Positions 22,635-36,525 of a stretch of DNA of 64,000 nucleotides are shown in pieces. The stretch spans positions 89,342,001 through 89,406,000 of the forward strand of contig OX597822.1 of the NCBI GenBank assembly GCA_951406725.2. Reading direction: 5' to 3'. Below the pieces are notes generated by a model. It worked only from the letters and a program-made list of their open reading frames with translations, did no database searches and was not told the origin of the DNA. Positions within the stretch are counted from its first letter, which is position 1. The number at the start of each line of letters is the position of its first letter. This DNA comes from Octopus vulgaris. Its lineage: Eukaryota. Both the position numbers and the translations under genes were made by a program.

Positions 22635-23279
22635 GCGACCGAGACTTTTGGAAATATGCTGTGCTTGAGAAGACCCGGCAAGCCAAATGAGACCATAACT
22701 TGTGGCCTATGCCAGGAGCATAACCAGCCTGCTTATGCGTACCTTTTCCTTCTTTGATCACTAAACTCTGCTTGCGAAGACCTGTTGAGGCAAGTGAAAT
22801 CAAAATCAATTCAATGACTGGCATCTGTGCTAGCGGGGTGCAAAGAGCACACCATACGAGTGTGATCGTTGACAGAGCAGCTATTCGAGTATGATCGTTA
22901 CCAGTGTCACCTTACTGGCACTCATGCCTGTGCTAGTAGGGTGCCAAGAGCACCATCTGAGTGTGATTGTTGCCAGAGCAGCCAACTGGCTTCTGTACCC
23001 ATGGCACGTACAAGGGCACCATTCGAGCGTGATCGTTACCAACGTCGCTTCACTGGCACGTGTAAAAAGATTCGAGTGAGGTCATTGCCAGTACTGCCTG
23101 ACTGGGCACATAAAAAGCACCCACTACACTCTTGGAGTGGTTGGCGTTAGGAAGGGCATCCAGCTGTAGAAACTGCCAGATCAAGATTGGAGCCTGGTGC
23201 AGCCATCTGGCTCACCAGCCCTCAGTCAAAATCGTCCAACCCATGCTAGCAAGGAAAGCGGACGTTAAACAATGATGAT
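22634..23279 (+). mobile_element. RTE LINE 3' end with internal repeats
   Basis: DRDFWKYAVLEKTR codons, repeated GAGCACCAT..GAGTGTGATCGTT units, conserved tail, GATGAT end. Confidence 0.85.
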
Positions 23280-23694
23280 ATATATAGTTACGGTATATTC
23301 TGTTAAGAACATAGTAGAGTACAGTATAAAGGTTGTCCATCTTCAGATTTCACCCTGTACTATCCAGTAGTAATAGTATACATACTTCCAGGTTTGTGTT
23401 TGGGCTTTTGTCGTGTTTATGATTAATCTATATTTTTGCTACTTTTCATTTGTCTTGCTCACTTAAGTTCTGGTGCTTGCTAAATTTACTTTGAGAACAT
23501 TTCTTTGTGGTATGACCATAGCGGATCTACTTCTAGCATAAAGGTTGTCCACATAGTGGTCATCCCTCTCATATGTATGTAATAGGTTTTTTATATGCTA
23601 GACCACTGGGTTTTAAATTGATGTTAATCTAATTAATATCTAATTGTTCACCCTCATTTTAATTATATATATATATATATATATAAATATATAT

Positions 23695-23786
23695 CATCGT
23701 TTAGCGTCTGCTTTCCATGCTGGCATGGGTTGGACGGTGCAACTGGGGTCTGGGAAGCCAGAAGGCTGCACCAGGCCCAGTCTGAT
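23695..23786 (-). mobile_element. Short RTE tail fragment
   Basis: CATCGTTTAGCGTCTGCTTTCCATGCTGGCATGGGTTGGACGG. Confidence 0.75.
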
Positions 23787-24820
23787 ATGTAAATATATGT
23801 GTATATATGTCAGTAGTATGCACTCCAGCTATGCCAGCCATGCATTGCATGGTCATTTATTTTTATGTAAATCAAAAATAGACTTAAAGATGTAATTCAT
23901 TTATAATTATGTCACAAAGTTGTCAAAATCTAACTAGTCATTTTCTTTCAAAGATGACTGTCAAATGTAATATAAATATACCATTATTTAGATTATTGAA
24001 AACATCTTAACGTGACTTCATTTCCAATGCTTCAAAGTCATGCAACGTTAAAAATGCATGAAGGTTCTTGTCTTTGGTTTCCTGTGTCTACACTATCAGT
24101 TCTTCATAATTGGTGTCTGACCACATGGTTGAATGTATTTGAGCTCAGTCACAAGGCACTAATAAAAGACCTTTCAAAATTCTTTTGTCAATCAGATTGG
24201 TTCTGTCATACAGACTACTAGGATCAAATTTTTGCCAAACAGAACAAAATTATTTATTTTCTCTTATAAGGTTTGATCTTATTCATTTTTGGTTAAGCGA
24301 CCACCATCAATGTCAGCACCCAGTTTTCACTTCTTCTCTCCATGGTACAACAATTCCCTCCACTATCCTTTTTCTACTTTTCAAACTTAGCTTTTACTTC
24401 CTGTTTCAACATACTCTCATTGCAACTCACCATATTCTTCAATACCAGGGTCTCTCCCTTCCATAAACCATTCTACAGTCCATCTTTCTCCATCAAATTC
24501 TGCATAGTTCTTCTCCTCAGCTCTGTTAACTCCTGAATATTTCAATATCTTGATGCAATAATTTCTGAATATCACCTGTCCCAACTTCTTCAAACCTCAC
24601 TTCCTACACCATTCATACAACACTATTGCTGAGACTGTTTCATCTTTTATAATATAGTCTTCCTTAACTCCATTAGGAGACAGTTTTTTCCAAAACCCCA
24701 ATGAGACATGTGTCTAACTTCTGAGCTTCCTTAGTATTTTTTACTGCAAGCATAATTTCATTTTTCAAAAATTCTTTGGCACATGTTTATTAGTACTCAC
24801 TTGTGTTTCTCAAAGATCAT

Positions 24821-25204
24821 TACTCTTTTACTTGTTTCAGTCATTTGACTGCGGCCATGCTGGAGCACCGCCTTTTAATCGAGCAACTCGACCCCGGGAC
24901 TTATTCTTTTGTAAGCCCAGTACTTATTCTATCGGTCTCTTTTGCCGAACCGCTAAGTAACGGGGACATAAACACACCATCGGTTGTCAAGCAATGCTAA
25001 GGGGACAAACACAGACATACACATGCATATATATATATATACACATATATACAACGGGCTTCTTTTCAGTTTCCGTCTACCAAATCCACTCACAAGGCTT
25101 TGGTCGGCCCGAGGCTATAGTAGAAGACACTTGCCCAAAGTGGGACTGAACCCGGAACCATTTGGTTGGTAAACAAGCTACTTACCACACAGCCACTCCT
25201 GCGC
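24821..25204 (-). mobile_element. tRNA-derived SINE (family A)
   Basis: Reverse-complement homologue of 21413-21785, including the tail. Confidence 0.9.
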
Positions 25205-25209
25205 AAAAC

Positions 25210-26930
25210 AATTTGCCAAACGATGCGGTGAGTGATGAGCAAGCAGAAAGAAAGTGTTCTAGAACTGTGTCAAGCAGTTCTTCCTCAATAGAGCAGTCCT
25301 CAAAGAAGTGAAGCAGCATCACTTAAGTTTACTGACTACACAACTAAACTATGGAAGTGCATTTGTTCCTTGCTTGCACATACAAGAGACAAAACTTGTC
25401 AAATCTCCATTTGCTATGGTGGATGCCATTAAAAGACTGACTACATCATAATCTGCTAAGAATTGAAGCAACTACTATTCTCACAAACAAAATTAGTATA
25501 TCAATAGGAAAGCTTGACTTTACTAATGTTCATTCTTGCACTGAACTTGTCAACCATACAAAGTGATATGTAAGGGTTACAAGTTAGGATCTGCCAAGGA
25601 GAGAAAAAAGTCATACACACCTTTCCTGCTGATGATCTTAAGTTATGTTCTGATAAATTCATGACAGCAAGAGGCAATTTGGGTTGGCCACAATATTCTT
25701 ATGGAACATATGAACAGAGTTTGATCAGGTTAAGTGTTCATATTTGGTCATCAATTGAGGAAAGACACTTACCCAGACAATGGATGTCAATGGTCTCTCT
25801 CCCTTATCTCCAATAATGAATGTGGTGTTTTTTTTCATACTTGCGGAGTCTGGAGGAAAGGCCTTATTTGGCTTGTTGGTGCTCCTACACCAGTGGGATT
25901 GATACCTTTAATGCTATTCTTGAACCTTTGAAATCCAACATCTGATGAGCAGGTAAAGAATTCCAGAGGGCCAATGTTCTGGAAAGGAAGGATTAGGCAT
26001 ACTGATGAGTGCAGGACCTGAGGGTTGGACACAATAAGGGTGATGGTAAGAAGATGGACAAGTAGACAGGAGTGCTTGAGCATATCCAGCTCCAAGGAGC
26101 AAACACCATTATAGTAACAGTAGAAAAAGTTGAGAAAGTAAACAGCATACTTGTGGGCCATAGACTTGAGTGTATCTGTTGTCAGTGGGAATGGTGGGAG
26201 GCTTCCTGGATGCAGTCGAGGATGCTTGTATATGTTAGCAGTAGCATCATTTCAGATGTGAAAGCAATACACCATTGTGAACCTCAGCTGAGCTTTGTCA
26301 GGTATCAGTAATTGCTAAAAGTTGAAATATTTTCTAGCCTGAAGAGCAGGCCCAGTCATTGGATGCCATCCTATGTTAAGGATGTACTTTTTTGCCAGGA
26401 TAAAACCTCAGAGATACTGAAATTTAACAACAATTGAAGTGATTCTGAGGACTCTTGATAAGTGCTATTCATGTTTAAGTGGAGTGTGGTGCCATATTAT
26501 TTCCTTGATGAGTGGCATTTGTGTTTTTTTAGCAACTGGAAAAAAACAAGATAGGCATATCTTCATTGGAGAATACTTTCAAGGCCTTTGTTCATAGAGT
26601 TAGTGTGTACTTGGCATGTGGCACCAAGGTTGCAAATGGATAATTTATAGCTGGAGAATGTTAGAGAGTAATGAAGGATAGTGTCATCTATGTAAATATA
26701 AGTGTTACTGAAAATGGTGACAATTAAGTTGTTGCTATACAGAAGACTAGGAGACAATTGAACCTTGGAGTACCTTAAAATTGATAAAGCAAAGAAAAGA
26801 ACTGACAATATGGCATGTAGTATTAGTGCTAGCACCAGCATTTGGGATACTAAACTGGGCACTCAAAGAGGTTTTCAGCATAAACATAAGACAAGAAAGA
26901 TACTAACAACTGCTGATAAACAGCAGTAAC
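25210..26930 (+). mobile_element. Heavily decayed R2/R4-group non-LTR element, split by a CR1-like insertion
   Basis: DDLKL-like motif at ~25630 and YL../TRKIL-like remnants at 26760-26910. Many stops. Confidence 0.4.
25825..26765 (-). mobile_element. CR1/Jockey-like LINE 3' fragment
   Basis: Minus strand LSPSL..YIDDT..NKGLESILQ, KAQLR..M.YC.HI, and FYCYYNGVCSLEL. Ends in an A-run at ~25829. Confidence 0.6.
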
Positions 26931-27793
26931 ATTGGAATAATATATAGAATTGGTTCAAACAGCCATTGAGGACAACCTCATATTACTCAGACGACACCTA
27001 TTGAACAGAAAAGAAAGACATGATACATCATGTGAACTCAATGAAAAATGGTAGAATTTAGTTTCAAGTAATTTATTTGAAGAAGTGAAATAAAAAAAAA
27101 ACAATGAATTTATTCATTGAATTCACACATACAACATAAAAAAAAAATAAAGTTTGTGTTTTATTTTTAATTGAAGTTTATTTTTTTCTCACATCTCATT
27201 GAAAAAATAAATGGCTATGAATATTTCACTCTCATATACAACCATAGACTGTGAGATGAAAGGAAAAAGGGATAAAAACTGGAAAAAGAAAAGTAATAAA
27301 AATAGCAACAGTTCATCATCATCGTTTAACGTCCGCTTTCCATGCTAGCATAAAATAGTTAATTCTACTGCATTTTGGTTTATTGAATGCAGTTTCTAAT
27401 GCCACTTGAAACTACATATTTTTATGGTTGGTAAACTATTTTACAAAAACCTGCAGTTAATAAGGCAGTCATTTCTGCAGTTTGTAAGGTAAATATACTT
27501 ATAATAATCATCATTTTCTGCATGAATAGTTTTCAATATACAGCAACTAAGAATAGAAAAAAGAAACTAATGAAACTTACTATTTACAACTTTATGCATG
27601 AGGCAGATTTGGCTGTGCTATTTCATTGAAATGTTACATTAATATTGTGGACAAAACATTCTCATTCATTGTCTGCCACAAATATTACTAACATACACAT
27701 TCACATATATGTAGTACTAGAGAGAACCCACCAAGTCATTCAAACATGGTGAAATGAAAGTAGCTGGGATTTACATATATATACATATATGCA

Positions 27794-28360
27794 TGCCTTT
27801 ACTCCCTTGGACACACAAAGACCTGTTGAGGTAAGCGAAGTCGATATCAAACCTCATCCGACAACAGGCACTTATGCCAACCCCCCTTTGCTTGCGAAGA
27901 CCTGCTGGGGCAAGTGAAATCGGAATCGAAATTGAACCAATCCTATGACTGGCACCCGGCAGATGCCAGGACCCCTGGACTGGAGATACGTAAAAAGCAC
28001 TATCCGAATCGTGGCCGATGCCAGCGCCGCTTCGACTGGCTTCCGTGTCGGTGGCACGTAAAAAGCACCATCCGAAGCCAGTGCCGCTTTGACTGGCTTC
28101 CGTGCCGGTGGCACGTAAAATGCACCAATCTGACCGTGGCTGATGCCAGCCTCGCTTGGCACCAGTGCAGGTGGCACGTAAAAAGCACCCACTACACTCA
28201 CGGAGTGGTTGGCGTTAGGAAGGGCATCCAGCTGTAGAAACATTGCCAGATAAGACTGGAGCCTGGTGCAGCCTTCTGGCTTCCCAGATCCCCTGTCGAA
28301 CCGTCCAACCCATGCTAGCATGGAGAACGGACGTTAAACGATGATGATGATGATGATGAT
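27794..28360 (+). mobile_element. RTE LINE 3' UTR with internal tandem repeats
   Basis: Repeated GGTGGCACGTAAAAAGCACC units, conserved tail and (GAT)n end. Confidence 0.85.
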
Positions 28361-29989
28361 AAATATTTGGGTCCTTTGCTCTACATCAACCACTGTCATG
28401 ATACCTTCTCATATCTTTACCATACATCATTATTACCCTCTCTTCAGTGGTGACTTGTAGATGGGGTGCTGCATCAGAAAATTTTTAGCTGTTGTTTTAA
28501 TATTGTGTAATAGGAAACAAACATATAAAAAGAATATTTAAACATAAACTTGATCGGTTTGCATTTTAGCCACTGCTGGGCAGTGTGTTTAATTTGTTCA
28601 CTGAACACTGCCGTGAATTCCCCCCTAAATCACAAAATAAGAGGGAAAAATCTGCCCTATTTTTCAAATCCTGGCAGCAACACTGAAGCTGGAAGCAGAT
28701 AATAATCTAATTCTACACTTCATCATATTCAAGAATATAAACACGTTTTTAAGCACAACAGATGCGGAGTCAAAAAGAAACACTACCTTTCACCAGCACT
28801 GAGTGAATGATAGTGCTGTCTCTCCCTAGTGTGAAGCTTCCTATCTTGGACATGTGAGCATGCGCACAACAGTCAACACTGAATCACTGGACTGGTGAAG
28901 TGCACAGTTCTATACAAGGATTTTTGTATTTTTTTCATAAACTAGGGGATGGCTACTGACATTAAGTTTAAGGATTATATAATGTACAAGTATAAAGGAA
29001 GAATTAAAGAAAAAAGGACTCATTATATTGAATGTTATCGATAATATCGAGTGAAAATAGGGGCTGCTCTGCCACTGCTAAGGATGTTAGGAAAGTCATT
29101 AGACCTGTCCATCTTTCTCCACAAACCACACTGAGGAATGGCACTGGATCTACTTGTATTCAATCCCTACCTAGCATTATCATGCTCTAAATATGCTTGG
29201 CTATCACCCTTTCTATACCAACAGTGAATATTCTTGCACTCTACCTCTCCTACCCTCATCCCAATTACTCTGTTTCTACCTTTATACATATGTTCCGTTT
29301 ACCCATTCATTCATTCTGGGTTTCTTCTGGTATCACTCTATCAGTATTGAGTGAGTGAACAAAGAAAAGAGTAGTGATAACCCTTTAGTCTTGTCAGGCA
29401 AAAAGAAACCTCTCTAGTTTGAGGCCACAATTACATTCACCTTGTACACTCTGTAAAGTATACAGAGAAAAAAAAAAATAAATAAGTAAAAAGCATTCAA
29501 TGCACTCTGTTCAGTGGTTGGGGAATGGAGTAGAAACAAGGCATGACAAACTTTCTAGTGCTCGTCACTCTCACTCTTACTCATTTCCACAACATTCACT
29601 ATCTTTCCATTTTCTTTCTATTTGAATTATTTTATCGGTGCAACAAAGGAAGGTAGCATCTGATAAACCATATGATTAGCCATTCTCTTCCCGTCATTCA
29701 TCCCCCACTTTTATTTACTGCATTACCCTGGTGATGTAATTATGGACACATTAATTTGAGTGAATGAATACATCATAGGGTAGTGAGAACTCTGTTGTTA
29801 TGGCACACAAGGTAAGTAACCCCCACTAATGCTGGGGGAGGGGGGGTTGACAAAATGCACCCACTACATTCTATTTTCAACTTCCTACTTTAACATGTTT
29901 CAACCCCTGCTTGTTGCAGTAATTTCTGATAAGAACTGATTCATACTGTGATGTCCTGTCCAACTCATTGAAAGTGAATATAAAATGAT

Positions 29990-30286
29990 GATGGTTCACA
30001 ATGATAATTTTTCTCTAGCCACTATTCAACTGTGGATTACAAGTGTAGACTGACTTTGGAATGATTTTCAACAAACTTTGCCAGATATTTTTTCTTGCAT
30101 ACTCATTTCTCAACAAGTGTGTGATTCCTGAAAAATGATTTTCCAAATATTTACATGATAAGGCTTATCTCAATGAAGAGCATTTTCATAGATATAAACG
30201 ACAAGAATTTATTGAGAATGATTTCCAATATATTCATATATTCTACAAGGTGTAGTTGTTTATAGAAGAGAAAGATTTCTCATGTT
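29990..30286 (-). pseudogene. Decayed zinc-finger repeats downstream of the ZNF-3 stop
   Basis: Repeated GAATGATTTTCC / CATGATAAGG motifs, as in the coding fingers, but with indels and stops. Confidence 0.55.
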
Positions 30287-31603
30287 TCATTCAAAAGGCT
30301 TCTTTTTGGTGTGTATGTTTTTGTGTCTTTTGAGAGTAGAATTATCAGAGAATGATTTTGCACATATTTCACAGTGGAAGGGTTTTTCTCCAGAGTGTAT
30401 TGCTTTGTGAACCACAAGATTAGATTTAACAGCAAATGATTTCAAACATATTTCACAGTGGAACGGTTTTTCCCCAGTATGTGTTCGTTTGTGTTTGGTT
30501 AAGTCACTATTCTGGATAAAAGATTTCCCACACGTCTCACAATGATAAGGTTTTTCTCCAGAGTGAATTATTTTGTGTCTGATGAAATTAGCATTATGGA
30601 GAAAAGTTTTCCCACATATTTCACAATGAAACATGTTTTTTCCAGTATGTATTTGCTGGTGTGTTTTTAATAGTGTGTGTGTGATAAAAGATTTCGAACA
30701 TACTTCACAGCAATAAGGTTTTTCTCCAGTATGTCTCCGTTTGTGAACCACAAGACTAGAATTAACAGAGAATGATTTCCCACAAATTTCACAATGGAAG
30801 GGTTTTTCTCCAGTGTGACTACGCTTGTGAATAACAAGACCTGAATTATGAGCGAAAGATTTGCCACATATTTCACAGTAGAAGGGGTTTTCCCCTGTGT
30901 GATTGCGTTTATGGATAAGAAGGTGATAATTCTCAATGAAAGATTTGCCACATATTTCACAGTGGAAGGGTTTTTCTCCAGTGTGACTACGTTTATGGAG
31001 AACAAGCGGATAATTCTCAATGAAAGATTTCCCACATATTTCACACTGAAACGATTTTTCACCAGTGTGCAATCTTATGTGTTTTCTTACATTACTGTTA
31101 GAGGCAAAAGACTTGCCACAAATTTCACAGTAATAAGGTTTTTCTCCTGTATGTATCGACTTGTGAACTACAAGATGAGAATTCTGAATGAAGGATTTCC
31201 CACAGATTTCACAATGATAGGGTTTTTTCCCAGAGTGTATCCTTTTGTGAACTATTAGATTGGAATTAACAGAGAATGATTTTCCACATATTTTACAGTG
31301 ATAAGGTTTCTCTCCAGTATGAATACGTTTGTGTATTGTTAATTTTTTGTTAGAGACAAAATTTTTCCCACATACTTCACAATAATAACGTTTTTCTTTA
31401 TTATGTATTTCTCTGTGTGTGATGACTTCGTTTTCTGAAGAGAATATTTTCCTACAAATCTGACAACGATATTCAGAAATATTTCTTTGTTTAGAAAATG
31501 TTTTGCCACATAAACGTTTCCCACCACTGTAAGTCTGTGTAACTGAATCTACATTTGTAAAAACAGTTGTGTTAGAAGTGTCTATGCGATTAATATCCTC
31601 CAT
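30287..31603 (-). CDS. C2H2 zinc-finger protein (ZNF-3), ~438 aa, 14 fingers
   Basis: Intact ORF. The first ATG is at 31603; the track start at 31618 is a TTG. Fourteen mostly CEICGK-type fingers plus one degenerate N-terminal half-finger. Confidence 0.92.
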   Translation of the reverse strand: MEDINRIDTSNTTVFTNVDSVTQTYSGGKRLCGKTFSKQRNISEYRCQICRKIFSSENEVITHREIHNKEKRYYCEVCGKNFVSNKKLTIHKRIHTGEKPYHCKICGKSFSVNSNLIVHKRIHSGKKPYHCEICGKSFIQNSHLVVHKSIHTGEKPYYCEICGKSFASNSNVRKHIRLHTGEKSFQCEICGKSFIENYPLVLHKRSHTGEKPFHCEICGKSFIENYHLLIHKRNHTGENPFYCEICGKSFAHNSGLVIHKRSHTGEKPFHCEICGKSFSVNSSLVVHKRRHTGEKPYCCEVCSKSFITHTLLKTHQQIHTGKNMFHCEICGKTFLHNANFIRHKIIHSGEKPYHCETCGKSFIQNSDLTKHKRTHTGEKPFHCEICLKSFAVKSNLVVHKAIHSGEKPFHCEICAKSFSDNSTLKRHKNIHTKKKPFE

Positions 31604-31943
31604 ATTAATTCCTAACAAATTCTTAAAATCTGAGAAGTGTCCGTGAAGTATCTGTTACAGTTGAATTTCTTGGCTGTCATGAGACACTGTTTATAAATGT
31701 TCAAAATGTGCAGTGTAGTTTTATTTTCTACTTACCACTAGAGTGCTTGTTATTAATTAAATACTCTCCAAATGACACACATAGTTTTAGTTGAAAAAAT
31801 TTCTGTTTTCACATTCTGATGAGCAGATACGGTTGATGGATGCTATGTGGGTTATACAATATAGTGAATCCATAAATGATTGGTAGCAGTCACTCTGGTG
31901 CGCATAGATATTCCACTTCAGTTTGTAAGGGAAGACCAGCAAA

Positions 31944-31990
31944 ACTGTAAAGCAAGAAAAGACATGATAAGGCAACTGTAGGAGAAAGAA
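31944..31990 (-). promoter_or_regulatory. Candidate splice acceptor(s) of the ZNF-3 coding exon
   Basis: Minus strand TTCTTTCTCCTACAG|TTG (exon from 31975) or TCTTTTCTTGCTTTACAG|TTT (exon from 31944). Confidence 0.5.
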
Positions 31991-32778
31991 CACACACACA
32001 CGCACATGCACACATACATGCATTTATACATATAAAGATGCGTATAATGCATGCATCCATATGTGTTAATAAAAAGTTAAACACTGCCTAGGAATTGATA
32101 GACAAGAAGCAGGGGGAAAATATTTGGGCAACATGTCCATTATGTCTCCACCTGCTTATTGTAACAAATATCAAATCTTAAACATAAATTGCTTCATACC
32201 TATAGCTACAAAGTGCATAAATTAAAAAGAAAAGAACACAGAAAACAAAAAATATCAAAATGAACATTGCCATCCAAAGAATTATGGAACTTAGAAACCA
32301 TAAAACATTAAATCAAACTAGTGAACTAAATGTTAGTGAACATAGTTCAAAACACAGTTTGCCAATACATAAAACAGAATATAATAACTTAAGGAAAAAT
32401 CAACCTAGAATTGAAAATATATGGATCAATTAAAGAATGTAAACCAAGACCTTGCTACCTAACAATCTATAACACACATATAAAACACAAAAATGTTAGA
32501 ACAATCCAAATATAAACTAGTAGAATAACAGATCACTTCAACTATCAGGTTTCAGTTATCTCAAAACAACACAACATGGGAATAAACCAGTGTAGACCAA
32601 TATCTATTAAATATAAATTTTAATTATAGAAAATATATTTTCCCATACGAAAACCATATAAGATTGACTAAAACACCAAAATCATAATGAAAATACTAAC
32701 ATGAAAACCTAATTAAAATGAACCAAAGGAATAACATCACTTTAACTAATTGTCACTCATCACTTACAACTAAAATCA

Positions 32779-32975
32779 ATGTTGGGGGTACAAACACAGA
32801 CACACACACATACAAAGGGCTTCTTTCAGTTTCCGTCTACCAAATCCACTCACAAGGCTTTGGTCAGCCCGAGGCTATAGTAGATGACACTTGCCCAAGG
32901 TGCCACGCAGTGGGACTGAACCCAGAGTCATATGGTTTGTAAGCAAGCTACTTACCACACAGCCACTCCTATGCC
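32779..32975 (-). mobile_element. SINE family A, 5' half
   Basis: Reverse-complement match to the SINE-A head. Confidence 0.85.
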
Positions 32976-33011
<36 letters not shown>

Positions 33012-33285
33012 TATATACATATAAGAATATACTGAACTACAAAAAGAAACATGATTTTTTCCAAATGTCATTTTTATATGGTAAATTCTGAAAATTTATT
33101 TTGGGAATGTAAATGTAAATATTCCAAGACATGCTGGTTTATGGCTGAGACCCAAATTGCAGTAACCTTTCAACTTTCCCTGAAATGAGACACCAAAACA
33201 TAGCTGCATTGAATGCCGTGGAGGTTATGGGTAAAAAATCAACCTGGACCGTATTCCTGGCATTCGTAATTTGGATGCATCAGGT

Positions 33286-33442
33286 ATGACCTGATTGTCA
33301 GCAGCACAGAGAGAACAAGCTATCAGCTACTTGCAAGCAGGGCATCATGCCCTGGTTGTTGCAAAAGCTTACAATATCCATGTCAGTACCATCTATCACC
33401 TGCAACAGCGATACAACAACACCAACAGCACTGCAAATCGTA
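33286..33442 (+). mobile_element. Tc1-like transposase N-terminal HTH remnant
   Basis: LSAAQREQAISYLQAG...VAKAYNIHVSTIYHLQQRYNNTNSTANR resembles the first HTH of Tc1-type transposases. Confidence 0.6.
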
Positions 33443-33454
33443 TGTATGTATGTG

Positions 33455-33640
33455 ACCATGTCGTAGCAGAATCGCTTCATCCACCTGCAACACTTCTGTG
33501 ATTGCTTCAGACTAGGTCTTCTCTCTTGGATAACTGTGTTGAGTCATTCCATCTGTTGAACATAGAGTTCCATGTTGACCGTTTGGTTCCGTTCAAGCAA
33601 TTCATAATGGATAATCCCTTCCCAGTCCCACCATATGCAC
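33455..33640 (-). mobile_element. Mariner transposase fragment
   Basis: Minus strand WWDWEGIIHYELLERNQTVNMELYVQQME. Confidence 0.75.
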
Positions 33641-34009
33641 AACATCTTTTATTGTTTGCAATGTTCTCTCTCTCACACACACACACACATTTTTTTATGA
33701 ACTTCTGTATACATTTATGTATGTATGTGTGTGTTTATGAGAGAAAGAGAGAGAGTGAACTTTTTCGTATGTGTGTGTGTGTGTGTGATACAGAGAAAGA
33801 GAGAGTTATGTATAAGTGGTACTCACTGTCTTTCTCTCTCTTTCTCACACATGCACACATACATACATACAAAAAAGATGTATGCATATTTATGTATGTA
33901 CGTATCATGACAACACACCCCCTCTCTCTCTCACACACACATCCATTTCATCTGATGTTTTATATTGTGTGTATATGCCTGTGGATGTGCGTGCATGTGT
34001 TGGGCATTC

Positions 34010-36525
34010 TACAATCGCCATTTATTTCCATCACTCTGGAGATATTCACATAACTCATTTTTTCATATAATACCCATTTTAATTTTTGAAAAAGTTTCTG
34101 AAAACAATGTTTTCACACTCTACAAGAGGAGATGGGGTAGATGATCAGCATTCTTCAGCGAAACAAAGATGAGTACAGGTAGTCGGAGTCAATGTTGAAT
34201 TCTGCAACTTTGTTAACTCTATTAAGTATGCATGCAAATATATAAACAAAGATTTAGATGCTGCAACATACACTCCTATGCAGATGGCAGTCAGCAGATA
34301 AATAAAAATGATGAAGTTGCACAGTATGACAGAGGAAGATACATCAGTACCAATGAGGCTTTTTGGCACATCTTCAATGTTCCCATCCATGAGAGGTACC
34401 CAGATATCATTTGAGTGTCCATCTAGAGAATGGTCACAGGGTTATCTTTACAAAACAAACAGCCTTGCAACAAGCACTTTCTCCAAAAGAAACTACCTTT
34501 CCTGCCTTTTTTAAGTTGTGTCAAGTAGATGAAGATGCAAGAAAACTCCCTTAACCACAATTACCCAAGTATTTACACCTGGAGAAACAATAAATGGCAC
34601 AAGAGGGAATATGGGGATGATGCTCTTGCAAGAGTTTACAGTATCCCACCCCCCACCCCAAGCAGAATGCTACTACTTACAGCTCCTTTGCATGAAGTAC
34701 ATGATTCCAAATCATTCCAAGATTCAAGGAGGGTAAATGGTCATGTGTGTGAAACTTATAGGGAAGAATGCTAACAAGTTTTTTAGAAAATGATGAGCAT
34801 TGGGACCTTGCATTGACTGAAGCATCAGTATCAGATTCTCCAAGGAAATTCCGTAACCTTTTTGCAATTATACTGAAACATATGTCAACTTGGCAGTCCC
34901 CTACTGTTTTGGATGAAACATTGAGGACATGGCTGAGGACTTAAAGTATGCAGTTCAACAGACAAACCCAGATATCAATATTCAGTTCTCTGAAACAATT
35001 TTTAACCAAGCACTGATTAAAATTGAGGATCAAGTTTTGGCCATGATAGGCAAAAATCTGCTAGAGTCTGGCTCTGGACTGCCAAAAACAAATTGTCAAA
35101 ATTAATAATTGAACTTCAAAAGACATAGCAAGAGAGACGAATCATGACTTCACAGACTTGGCTGCATTTGTGAATGAACATGAATCTAAACTTCTTCCAG
35201 AACAACACTGTGCATATGATAAAATTATTTTATCAATCAAAAGAATTTTCTTTCTTGATGCTCCTGGTGGCACAGGTAAAGCATTTGTAACAACATTGCT
35301 ACTCTTTAAGGTAGGCAACGAAAAAAAATTGCAGTTGATGTAGCATCATCTGGTTTTGCTGCCCCACTTCTCCCAGGAGAACGAACAGCTCATTCTGCTT
35401 TTTAAACTACTGTTAGACTTGGTCACAAATGACAGTCCAATTTATAACATAAGCAAAGGTTCAGGTTCAACAGAAATGTTGTGCCAATGCCACCTGATCA
35501 TCTGGGCTGAATGCACCATGTCACACAGAAATGCAATTGAAGCTCTTGATAAGACCTTATAGAACATAAGCGGCAACAATAAATGTATGGGAGGAGTTAC
35601 ATTAGTTTTATCAGGAGACTTCAGGCTGACATTACCAGTCATTCCAAGATGAACAAAATCTGATGAAATAAAAGCATGCATTAAGTCTTCACACCTATGG
35701 AATAAAGTACAGAAATTCTCCTTCAATACTAAGATGCAAGCTTTAATACATGGGAACTAATGTGCAGAACAGTTTTCAACCTGACTCTTCCGATTAGGAA
35801 ATGGGAAAGTACCATTTGATGGGAATGGTGATTTGAATTTGGCTCATATTGCTATCATGGTAAATTCCCCAACTAAATTGAAGGACAGGGTATTTCCAGA
35901 CTTAAGTAATAATTATGATTCACATAAATGGTTGAGTGAAAGGGCGTTTCTTGCTCCAAAAAAGAGACAGTAGCAAGGATTAACCATGAATTAATGAATA
36001 AGATTTCAACAGTCATTAAGGAGTACAAATCAGTTCTTGATGAAAAATCAAGCTGTCCATTACCCAACAGAGTTCCTGAATTCTCTTGAGCCACCTGGAA
36101 CTCCTCCACATAAACTTTTTCTGAAGGTAGGAGTCCTAATAATGCTTCTAAGAAACTTAGATCCTCCTAAATTATGCAATGGGATAAGGTTGATTGTGAA
36201 GACATTATCACCTAATGTGACAGAAGCTACCATCATCACTGGATGTGCCTCTGGGGAAGAGATTTTCATTCCAAGAATCCTAATCAAACCAACAGACATG
36301 CCATTTGAGTTCAAATGAACACAATTCCCAGTGCGACTTTGCTTTGCAATGTCTATTAATAAAGCTCAAGGTTAGACTTCGAAAGTTACAGGCTTGCACT
36401 TAATTGAGCTTTGCTTTTCTTATGGTCAACTTTATGTTGGTTGCTCCAAGGTTGGTTTGCAAGACTTATTTGTCTATGCTCGTAATCATGAAGCAAAGAA
36501 TGTTGTTTACCGAGAAGCTCTGATT
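34010..36525 (+). mobile_element. Decayed autonomous Helitron (Rep/PIF1 helicase pseudogene)
   Basis: DEVAQY..GRYIS.NEAFW, FFLDAPGGTGK (Walker A), YPTEFLNSLEPPG.PPHKL.LKVG..IMLLRNLDPPKLCNG.RL, and FPVRLCFAMSINKAQG. Many frameshifts. Confidence 0.92.

Noticed and set aside
23284-23660. Possible additional Penelope endonuclease remnant (minus strand)
   Set aside because: Motifs are too degraded to support by eye.
28450-29085. Possible DNA transposon containing an NRF1-like GAGCATGCGCA
   Set aside because: No convincing TIR pair or TSD could be identified.
33502-34053. 183-aa ORF
   Set aside because: Reads through an antisense mariner fragment and CA/GA/GT microsatellites. Low-complexity artefact.
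35158-36318. Host PIF1 helicase gene
   Set aside because: Multiple stops and frameshifts and an upstream Rep-associated region show it is a dead Helitron.
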